Origin: Hemiscyllium ocellatum
Taxonomy: Eukaryota
Direction: 5' to 3'
NCBI RefSeq assembly: GCF_020745735.1
Contig: NC_083417.1
Coordinates: 27,652,001-27,716,000 of the forward strand
DNA: 64,000 nucleotides
Within the stretch, counting starts at the first letter, position 1; every line of letters begins with the position of its first letter. This document shows positions 52,461 through 62,368 of this stretch, piece after piece. The translations under genes were made by a program, and so were the position numbers. The notes beneath the pieces are model-generated. The model searched no databases, had not been told where the DNA came from, and saw only the letters and a program-made list of their open reading frames with translations.

Positions 52461-54610
52461 CCATAAGACCATAAGACATAGGAGTGGAAGTAAGACCATT
52501 CGGCCCGAGTCCACTCCGCCATTCAATCATGGCTGATGGGCATTTCAACTTCACTTGCCAGCGTTCTCTCCGTAGCCCTTAATTCCTCGAGACAACAAGA
52601 ATCTATCAATCTCGGCCTTGAAGACATTTAGTGTCTTGGCCGCCACTGCACTCCGTGGCAATGAATTCCACAGGCCCACCACACTCTGGCTGAAGAAATG
52701 TCTCCGCATTTCTGTTCTGAATTGACCCCCTCTAATTCTAAGGCTGTGTCCACGGGTCCTAGTCTCCTCGCCTAACGGAAACAATTTCCTAGCGTCCATC
52801 CTTTCCAAGCCATGCATTATCTTGTACGTCTCTATTAAGTCTCCCCTTAATCTTCTAAACTCCAATGAATACAATCCCAGGATCCTCAGCCGTTCCTCAT
52901 CTGTTAGACCTGTCATTCCAGGGATCATCCGTGTGAATCTCCGCAGGACACGTTCCAGTGCCAGTATGTCCTTCCTGAGGTGTGGGGACCAAAACTGGAC
53001 ACAGTACTCCAAATGGGGCCTAACCAGAGCTTTATAAAGTCTCAGTAGCACATCTTTGCTTTTATATTCCAACCCTTTTGAGATAAGAGACAACATTGCA
53101 TTCGCTTTCTTAATCACGGACTCAACCTGCATGTTTACCTTTAGAGAATCCTCGACTAGCACTGCCAGATCCCTTTGTACTTTGGCTTTACTAATTTTCT
53201 CACCATTTAGAAAGTAGTCTATGCTTTTATTCTTTTTGCCAAAGTGCAAGACCTCGCACTTGCTCATGTTAAATTCCATCAGCTATTTCCTGGACCGCTC
53301 TCCCAAACTGTCTAGATCCTTCTGTAGCCTCCCCACTTCCTTAGTGCTACCTGCCTGTCCACCTAACTTCGTATCATCGGCAAACTTCGCTAGAATGCCC
53401 CCAGTCCCCTCATCCAAATCATTAATATATAATGCGAATAGCTGTGGCCCCAACACTGAACCCTGTGGGACACCACTCGTCACCAGCTGCCATTCTGAAA
53501 AAGAACCTTTTATCCCAACTCTGCCTTCTGTTAGACAGCCAATCCTCAATCCATCCCAGCAGCTCACCTCAAACACCATGGGCCCTCACCTTGCTCAGCA
53601 GCCTCCCGTGTGGCACCTTATCAAAGGCCTTTTGGAAGTCTAGACAGACCACATCCACTGGGTTTTCCTGGTCTAACCTACTTGTTACCTCTTCAAAAAA
53701 TTCCAACAGGTTTGTCAGGCATGACCTCCCCTTACTAAATCCATGTTGACTTGTTCTAATCAGCCTCTGCTCTTCCAAGAATTTAGAAACCTCATCCTTA
53801 ATGATGGATTCTAGAATTTTACCAACAACCGAGGTTAAGCTGATTGGCCTATAATTTTCCATCTTTTGTCTTCATCCTTTCTTGAACAAGGGGGTTACAA
53901 CAGCCATCTTCCAATCATCCGGGACCTTTCCTGACTCCACTGACTCTTGAAAGATCTCAACCAACGCCTCTGCTATTTCCTCAGCCACCTCTCTCAGAAC
54001 TCTAGGGTGTATCCCATCAGGGCCAGGAGATTTATCAATTTTAAGACTTTTTAAACTTTTCTACCACTATCTCTTTCGTAACGGCAACCATACTCAACTC
54101 AGCCCCGTGACTCCCTTTAATTTTTGGGATATTACATTACTGTGAAAACTGACGCAAAGTACTTGTTAAGTTCTCCTGCTATTTCCTTATCTCCCATCAC
54201 TAGGCTTCCTGCATCAGTTTGAAGTGGCCCAATGTCTACTTTTGCCTGTCGTTTGTTTCTTATGTACCGAAAGAAACTTTTACTATTATTTCTTATATTA
54301 CTGGCTAGCCTACCTTCATATTTGATCCTCTCATTTCTTATTACACTCTTTGTTATCCTCTGTTTGTTTTTGTATCCTTCCCAATCTTCTGATTTCCCAC
54401 TGTTCTTAGCCACTTTATAGGATCTCTCTTTTCCTTTAATATATTTCCAGACTTCCTGTGTCAGCCATGGTTGTCTAATCCCTCCCCGGATAATCTTCCT
54501 TTTCTTGGGGATGAACCTCTGTACAGTGTCCTCAATTATACCCACAAACTCCTGCCATTTTTGCTCTACTGTCTTCCCAGCTAGCCTCTGCTTCCAGTCT
54601 ATTTTTGTCA
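52461..54610 (-). mobile_element. young 5'-truncated CR1-like LINE (2.1 kb, RT nearly intact)
   Basis: Overlapping ORFs 54132-54545, 53569-53862, 53283-53579 and 52551-53279 give [43 protein letters not shown] and LVRPHLEYCVQFWSP. (TCTTATGG)n tail; few frameshifts. Confidence 0.95.
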
Positions 54611-55125
54611 GGAAGCAGAGGCTAACCGGGAAGACAGTAGAGCAAATAGCTTACTCGCGTGCCTTGTTTCAATATTTGTATATCATAGAAAGTTTGTGGA
54701 TCCAGAGGTAAAGGTGTCATAACTAGCCAGAAGGAAACAAGAAACATAATTAGCTGGGCTCCCATTCCTGGATATTATCTAGGGACAAAATGCACGCATT
54801 TTGAGGGGATAGCAGGGGGTGAGAAAACAAATCTACGAGGCCAAGTTCAAATAATCTAGCAACACTTTCAATCCAGCTTCATTAATTTATAAAAACGCTT
54901 AAAATTAGATGACAAATGGCTGCTGTTCCTCTGCAGATGCCCATTCCAACAAAAAACAGTGCTTTGTAACAATGAAAAAGGGGAACAGTCAATAATTTTT
55001 AAAATACACTAGAATTCAATGTGTATACTAGTATAGTTTAACCTACAGCAGCTATTCCCTTAATTCCATACTTTTTTGGAAAACATACATGAACTTAAGA
55101 GGTTATATATTTAGACAATACTTAC

Positions 55126-55539
55126 CACTTGCCTCGTCGCAAGGTGGTTTCCTTAGGTGAAATTGCTTTAAGACTGCCATCCCTTTCACGTGTTTGTATA
55201 GATTTCACACTGTCTTGGTGAAAGCCCAGTCTATTTTCAGACTTGTTTCCTGTATCAAGACATTCTACCTCATCCTGACTGTCTGGATCAGTAATAAACC
55301 GAGAAACAGCCTGTATGCACTTTGCAGCTGGCTTCTCAGATCGTTGAATAGCATTTTCCTCAACCGTCTGCTTCTTGTGTCCTGTCATAGTTTGTAATTT
55401 GCTGTTTCCAACCAATTCAAAATCCAATACATCTATTTCTTTAAAAGCTGTCAATGGATCTGCTTCTAATTTATGGAGGATGCAGAATGCTGTTTGTAGG
55501 GCTACATAGCTGTTTGGATGACCAGGCTGAATTTCCACT
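55126..55539 (-). CDS. TERF2: TERF2 large hinge exon with RAP1-binding and TIN2-binding-like motifs
   Basis: ttcttttctag acceptor, gtaagt donor. 414 nt open frame (ORF 55122..55538). YVALQTAFCILHKLEADPLTAFKEID resembles TRF2 TLKAAFKTL..AAFAKLD; QAVSRFITDPDSQ resembles TISRLVLEEDSQ. Confidence 0.9.
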
Positions 55540-55684
55540 CTAGAAAAGAATTTTTAAAAACAATTATTTGTAGTTTTAAAATGAACACGATACACTTTTC
55601 TATCCCACCCCTGAATATAGGAGAGGTGAGGGTGTGGAAGAAATAAACTAGCCAACATTTCAATGCCTGAACCCTCACCAAGAT

Positions 55685-56017
55685 CACTGAATCCTTATAG
55701 TATGGAAACAGGCCCTTCAGCCACCAAGTCCACACCGACCCTCTGAAGAGTCATCCACCCAGACCCATTCCCCTATTACTCTACATTCACCCCAGCCTAA
55801 TGCACCTAACCTCCACATCCCTGAACACTATGGGCAATGTAGTATTGCCAATTCACCTAACCTGAACGTCTCTGGATTGTGGGAGGAAGCCAGAGCACCC
55901 GGAGGAAACCCACACAGATACGGGGAGAACTTGCAAACTCCACACACACAGTCACCTGAGGTGGGAATTGAACTAGAATCCCTGGCGCTGAGGCAACAGT
56001 GCTAACCACTGCTACCC
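55685..56017 (-). mobile_element. V-SINE
   Basis: V core and tRNA head, reverse-complemented. Confidence 0.88.
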
Positions 56018-56175
56018 TAAAGATGTGATTATATGACCTAACATACAAATGCTCCTCCCTTGTCAAATTATCCACAAGCATTTACCATTTCATCTCAGAA
56101 CAAAGAATGAAATGCTACTGTGGGGTTGAGAGTTGGTAGTAAGCAAATTTGAAAATAGTACCATGCATACCATAT

Positions 56176-56492
56176 GGGCAGCACGGTGGCTGAGTGATCA
56201 GCACTGCTGCCTTACAGCACCAGGAACCCGGGTTCAATTCCAGTCTTGAATGACTATCTTTGTGGAGTTTGCACGGGTTTCCTCCCACAATCCAAAGATG
56301 TGCAGGTAATGTAAATTAGCCAAGCTAAATTGTCAATCGCGTTCAGGGCTGTGTAGGTTAGGTGCATTAGTCAGAGATAAATGTAGAGTAATAGATTAGG
56401 GGACTGGGTCTGGGTGAGTTACTCTTCGGAGGGTCAGTGTGGACTTGTTGGGCCAAAGGGCCTGCTTACACACAAGGGATTCCATGATTCTA
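56176..56492 (+). mobile_element. V-SINE
   Basis: GGGCAGCACGGTGGCTGAGTG head and partly deleted V core. Confidence 0.88.
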
Positions 56493-57214
56493 GATACTTC
56501 AGCTTGCAAGACTGATTGAAGTCTTGCATCCACAAATATTCCAAGCTTGAAAAATAGCACTTTTTACAAAACATACTACTTACCTATTAAAAACTAGATG
56601 GTGAAAAGAAAACCTCACGGTAAAACCAAGAATGGAGAAAAGGGCATTTTTTAAAAGAGATAGCTTAAACAGAATGGGAGTTTTTGTTTGAAAACATTTA
56701 AGACCATGTATTTCTAAATCAGAAACCATTAATGTGAAGAAAATGTTGAATCAGCTGATTTTAGCTTGAAACCTCAAAAGCATTAGGATTATGTCTCATC
56801 CTAACTACACCCTGACAAGCACTCTGAAATTTACATCAGGATACTATATAAATGCTCCACAAGTTGCAAACTAGGCAGGTGCAACTTTTGATCTTTCCCT
56901 CATAATACAATTTCTATCTGTTCAGGAATTTTTACTATTTCAACAATATAAGAAAAGTTAAATTATCACAGTGGGTCAATAAAATGTCTGCAGCATGGCA
57001 AAGCCCAACATCTGTCCATCCCTGAAATAGCTCTACTCTCCCAAACAACATTGAATATTCAAAGTGTCATCTCACCATAACACATTCTGCCAGGAAATTA
57101 ATAGATTGATGCCAGACAGATGCAAAGAGAACGCCATCATTTGTTCCCTTCTGGACATTTTGAAACTAATTAAAAACCACAAAAGTTGAGATCATCCCTG
57201 TACCATTTTGCCTT

Positions 57215-57412
57215 CCCTGGATGCTATGGGCAATTTAGCATGGCCAATCCATCTAACGTGTCTATCTTTGGATTGTGGGAAGATACCGGAGCACCTGGAG
57301 GAAACCCAAGCAGTCATAGGAAGCAACAAACTTCATACAGACAGTCGCCCAAGGTTGGAATTGAATCCAGGTCCCCAGTGCTGAGGCAGCAGTGCTCATC
57401 ACTGAACCACCC
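57215..57412 (-). mobile_element. diverged V-SINE fragment
   Basis: GGGCAATTTAGCATGGCCAATCC...GGAATTGAATCCAGG. Confidence 0.8.
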
Positions 57413-57872
57413 AGTGAACGAATTAAACCTGCAGTTTTGCCAATGTAACTCTCATGCAGGGAAGTAAACAAAGAGCCAAATCAAAACTAATCAATTTGAT
57501 ATTGACATGAATGGATTTTAAAAGCAAAGCTCTTCTGATTTGAAACTGCAATACAAGTGAATTAAAAGAACTACTACATCAAGTATTAGTTCTGCTTTTT
57601 TGCCTCATAAATTATCAGGTCATATGTACACTTGTTGAAATGTTATTCGAACATATCTTACTACAGAACAGCTAAGCAAAATGTTGATACCATTAGATGG
57701 AAAGTTCATTTTCTCATTGGACATAAACAGTGAATATCTACTGAAATGTGAAGTTCAAAGTGGACTCCAGTTTATTTCACCAAATGAATGTATGGCTAGA
57801 GATTTTTTTTTAAAACATTGATACTTCAGCAATTTTGAAATATAGCTCAAATTGAGTAAAAGTTTCAATCAC

Positions 57873-58024
57873 CTATTAGAACAAATAGAACATTTATCTA
57901 TTGGATTTGATGTGGATTTATTCCATTCTGAAGCCTGCCTTTCCTGATGCACCTCTTGACTACAGTCCATTCTTAATTCCTCATTGTGGACTTCTGCTGA
58001 TCTTGATATGGAGGTTTTTGCACT
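57873..58024 (-). CDS. TERF2: TERF2 linker exon following the TRFH domain
   Basis: tgtctttcag acceptor, gtgatt donor. 152 nt open frame SAKTSISRSAEVHNEELRMDCSQEVHQERQASEWNKSTSNPIDKCSICSN(R). Phase 0 in and phase 2 out match the flanking exons, but sequence conservation is low. Confidence 0.75.
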
Positions 58025-58880
58025 CTGAAAGACACAATTTTCCTATATTTTATTTTTGTAGTATCTCCCTCAAAACACCTACTCAGGATGTACATAATTG
58101 ATCTGTTAATTGTATTTTGCACATTTCAGTCCTGATGGAAAGAAGACTGCCATTTTATATCAAAGTCAAACAGATTTTTTTCGACTACTGTATCTGTAGT
58201 ACTTCTTGCACAAGGAAAGCAAAAAAAAGGCAGAAAAAATGGTTACACAACAGAAATCACAAGATAAAAACAATATTGTAAGATAAACCAGATGAAAACA
58301 GTTTAAAACAATTATTTCTGAGTAATTTTGGTCAAAAAGCACAAATTTCTAAATAAACATTTACTATAAGCTTGCAACAAAAAGTGAGAATTTTTCACTT
58401 GAAGACAAGTCAGCACAGCTTATGGCAGGAAACTTGAAATGAGTAATCCACACAAGTTCAGTTTTTTTTTAAAAAAAGCATTTCTGTAAATACAACTTCT
58501 GCCTTTTGCATTTTTTGATGCACGTTCTCTTAAATTTACATCTTTTCAAATGTTACAAATATGCAAAATGCATCAAATAAGAAATAAGGAATATGAATTT
58601 ATTTTACATTAATCAATTATTTTATTTATCCTTAATTTAAAAATAAGCAATCATAAGACCCCCTGAGGAAGTACGACATTAATAAATATTAATGAGAAAG
58701 CTTCACTTAACAAGAATTCTGAATGATAATTGGGTGGATGGGAAACAGCATGAATAAGCTAAAGGATCTTGTGGCACCATGGCAGTGGTTCTACCTTTGG
58801 ACCAAAAGGCCCATATAAAAGTTCCACCTGCTACAGAGGTACACCATAACATGTCTGAACAGATGGACTAATCTAGGAAT

Positions 58881-58990
58881 AAACATCTGATGATGTTCCC
58901 TAGCCAGGGAACGAAACGTTTGCAGCAAAAACTTCCAGCTCGGCGAGCAGAACCACAACAACGGATACCCGAGCTACAAATCTTCAATCA
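58881..58990 (+). mobile_element. short Penelope-type terminal fragment with a hammerhead-like core
   Basis: CTGATGA-T-GTTCCCT-AGCC-AGGGAAC-GAAACGTT at 58887-58920. Confidence 0.6.
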
Positions 58991-59095
58991 GATTTTAAAG
59001 GAATAAACAAGAATATAAATGTTGTGAAGTAACACATTTGTAGAACAAGTAACTTGGAATATAATGTGAGAGAGCAAGCAAATAAGATTACATAC

Positions 59096-59230
59096 GAGAA
59101 GAAGAAATGGTTCAGAATGGTCAATTAAGCTTTCCGCAAAGAGCAGCATCTTCCCTTTCAAACTGCTGTATGAAAACAGATGGAGATCAAGATGGGTTGA
59201 ATTCTTCTCTCGAACTGCTGAAAGCAATTT
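59096..59230 (-). CDS. TERF2: TERF2 exon encoding the C-terminal part of the TRFH dimerisation domain (gene continues 5' beyond this exon)
   Basis: ttgttctag acceptor, gtatgt donor. KLLSAVREKNSTHLDLHLFSYSSLKGKMLLFAESLIDHSEPFLLL versus recalled TRF2 [43 protein letters not shown]. 135 nt. Confidence 0.92.
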
Positions 59231-60718
59231 CTAGAACAATCAAATGGGATAAAAGTTTTAAATTACAATAGCAAAAGCAAGATCCAAGTAATCACAGCTT
59301 ATTCCTTTTCAAAAAACCAAAGATGTACAATACAAAAACAGACCCTTTGGTCCAACTCATCCATACCGACCAGAGATCCCAACCCAATCTAGTCCCACTT
59401 GCCAGCACCTGGCCAATACCCCTCCAAACCTTTCCTATCCATATACCCATCCAGACGCCTTTTAAATGTTGCAAAAGTGTTAGCCTCCACCACATCCTCT
59501 GGCAGCTCATTCAACACACGTACCACTCTCTGAATGAAAAGGTTGCTCCTTAGGTCTCTTTTATATCTTCTCCCTCTCACCCTAAACCTATGCCCTCTAG
59601 TTCTGGACTCCCCCACTCCAGGGAAAAGATTTTGTCCATTTATCCTATCCATGATCCTCCTGATTTTATAAATCTCTAAGGTCATCCCTCAGTGTCCGAC
59701 GCTCCAGGGAAAACAGCCCTAGCCTATTCAACCTCTCTCTATAGCTCAACTCCTCCAACTCTGGCAACATCCTTGTAAATGTTTTTTGAACCATTTCAAG
59801 TTCCACAACATCTTTCCGATAGGTAGGAGACCAGAACTGTACACAACATTCCATCAGTGGCCTAACCAATGTCCTGTACAGCTGCAACATGACCTCCCAA
59901 CTCTTGTATTCAATACCTGACCAGTAAAGGAAAACATACCAAATGCCTTCTTCCCTATCCTATCTAACTGCGACTTCACTTTCAGGGAGCTATGGATCTG
60001 CTCTCCAAGGTCTTTTTGTTCAGCAACACTCCCCAGGATCTTACCATTAAGTGTATAAGCCCTGCTAAGATTTGCTTTCCCATAATGCATCACCTCACAT
60101 TCATCTAAATTAAACTCAATCTGCAACTTCTCAGCCCATTGGCCCAACTCATCAAGATCCCATTGGAATCAGAGGTAATCTCCTTCACTGTCCACTACAC
60201 CTCCAATTTTGGTGTCATCTGCAAACTTAATAGCTATACCTCATGCTCACATCCAAATCATTTATATAAATGGTGAAAAGTAGTGGACCCGGCACAGATT
60301 CTTGTGACACTCCACTAGTCACAGGCCTCCAGCCTGAAAAGCAACCCTCCACCACCACCCTTTGTCTTCTACCTTTGAGCCAGTTCTGGATCCAAATGGC
60401 TAGTTCTCCATGAATTCAGTGAGATCTAACCTTGCTAACCAGTCTCCCATAGGGAACCTTGTCAAACGCCTTACTGAAGTCCACATAGATCACATCTATT
60501 GCTCTGCCCTCAATCCTCTTTGTTACTTCTTCAAAATACTCAATCAGTTGAGAGACATGATTTCCCACGCACAAAGCCACGTTGACAATCCCTAATCAGT
60601 TCTTGCCTTTCCAAATACATGTACATTCTGTCCCTCAGGATTGCCTCCAACAACTTGCCCACCACGACATGAGGCTCACTGGTCTATAGTTCCCTGACTT
60701 GTCCTTACCACCCTTCTT

Positions 60719-62368
60719 TTTTTTATAGATATTTTTATTGGGAATTTAACATTTTGACAAATTTACAAAAATAAGCAGAATTTTCAAGCACAAACATTAA
60801 TATAAAAATAGATCTTAAATATATAATCATCAAAATTCAACTAATCCACAATCATCCAGAGTGTATAGTTGAGTCGCTTACATCCTTCAAATAAGAGAAA
60901 ATGTTCTCTAATACACTCATAACAGTATGATAAAAAGGAAGTTATTTCCAAACAATAAGAACAAAAAAAAATTAAACATGTTTAAATGGAGATCTTCCCC
61001 CTTGTTCTCAGGGGGCCTTACTACCTTTCCAACGTTCCACCATATCCTCTCCCAAACAGTGTCCCACCCTCAACCCGGGCGCTCCTTAATAGGATTTAGA
61101 TATAATACCGAGCTAGAGTTAACAGTGAGCGCCGCACCCCCACCCCTCCCCACCCATACCTGAGTATATCTGCTAGCATCAATGCCACGTACAAACACAC
61201 ATAACTATAAAATTACAATTCCAACAGATTACAGTTAAGTATAATAACATAGCAAGGAAGACAACCCCGCTCCCAGAGGCAAAAGTAAAGTAGAATAAAG
61301 TATCCATTTCTCCCCACGGAGTGTGGGAGAGGCAAGCCAACATAAATTGTCTCTTACGATTTATTTAACCGAGTCTAAAAGTTTCTTGGCCTCTTCCGAT
61401 GATCTAAAATTATACTCGGATCCTTCGTGGGTAAAGCATAACGTCGCTGGGTAGCGTAAGGTGTATTGAATATCTAAGTCCCTTAAACATTTCTTCACCT
61501 CATCAAACGCCTTCCTCCTTCGTGCCAAAGCCGGGGAGAAGTCCTGAAATAACATAATCTTGGATCCTTCATGAATCATAGCTTTAGGATCCTTTCCAAG
61601 CTTTCTGGAGGCATCCAGGAGTATCTGCCTCTCCCTATAACTCTGCAGCCGGAACAGGACCGGGCGTGGGCGCTGGTTTGGGCCAGATCCGCGTACTGCG
61701 ACCCGGTAGGCCCACTCCACCCTTACCCGGTCAGTTTCAGCCCCCAGGTTTAAAAGCTGGGGCAGCCATCGCTCCAGAAATACTGCTAACTGTCCTTTCC
61801 CTTCTTGTTCTTGAAGGCCCAGCAACCGAATATTCTTTCTCCGATTTCTGTTGTCAATATCATCCATGTAGATTTCAAAGGCCCGGACTCTCTGCTCCAG
61901 TGCTCGCACCTGTTCTGCAGCTGTTTGTGCTGCAGCCTCGGAGGTCGTGGCCTTTAGTTCCGCCCCCTTCACTCGGCCCTGCAATTCTCCGATAGAGTGA
62001 TTCTGTTTCTGCAGCTTTTCTTTGAATGCATTCCATCTCTGTCGGGATTCTGCGATGAAATTGACGAGTGTCGATTCCAATCTAGCAATCATCTCTATAA
62101 GGCCTGTTTTTACATCAGCTGCAGCCGGAGGAGGAGAGGAGGGTGGGGGAGGGGTCTTTGTTTTCTGAGAGCTGCGGGGTCCCTTTGATTTACTTATTAT
62201 CCACTCAGTATTAGACTGTTTAAATATAATATTCAGCAACTAATTAAGATTAAAGAAATTTTTTGGGTGGTTTGGCAAGTGTGGTGGGGGCAGGAAACCC
62301 ACTTTTCCCAGGTTTTGGGAAGGGCTCTGTAGACTCAGACTTGCTGAGTCGCCACCATCTTGGATCTC
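60719..62368 (-). mobile_element. ORF1-only (half-L1-like) non-autonomous retrotransposon, 1.65 kb, with poly(A) and 17-bp TSD
   Basis: Perfect TSD TCCTTACCACCCTTCTT at 60702-60718 and 62369-62385. 5' end GAGATCCAAGATGG, uninterrupted ORF1, and AATAAA plus an A-tail near 60719-60740. No recognisable EN or RT sequence. Confidence 0.88.
61361..62239 (-). CDS. L1-type ORF1p (coiled coil, RRM, CTD; Transposase_22-like), open frame
   Basis: Heptad region followed by DDIDNRNRRKNIRLLGL, RVEWAYRV...RPRPVLFRLQSYRERQILL and KIMLFQDFSPALARRRKAFDEVKK...YTLRYPATL. First in-frame ATG at 62092; the homologous start appears mutated to ATA near 62197. Confidence 0.85.
   Translation of the reverse strand: MLNIIFKQSNTEWIISKSKGPRSSQKTKTPPPPSSPPPAAADVKTGLIEMIARLESTLVNFIAESRQRWNAFKEKLQKQNHSIGELQGRVKGAELKATTSEAAAQTAAEQVRALEQRVRAFEIYMDDIDNRNRRKNIRLLGLQEQEGKGQLAVFLERWLPQLLNLGAETDRVRVEWAYRVAVRGSGPNQRPRPVLFRLQSYRERQILLDASRKLGKDPKAMIHEGSKIMLFQDFSPALARRRKAFDEVKKCLRDLDIQYTLRYPATLCFTHEGSEYNFRSSEEAKKLLDSVK

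Noticed and set aside
52551-54545. Possibly active reverse transcriptase gene
   Set aside because: 5'-truncated CR1 with no endonuclease domain and several frameshifts.
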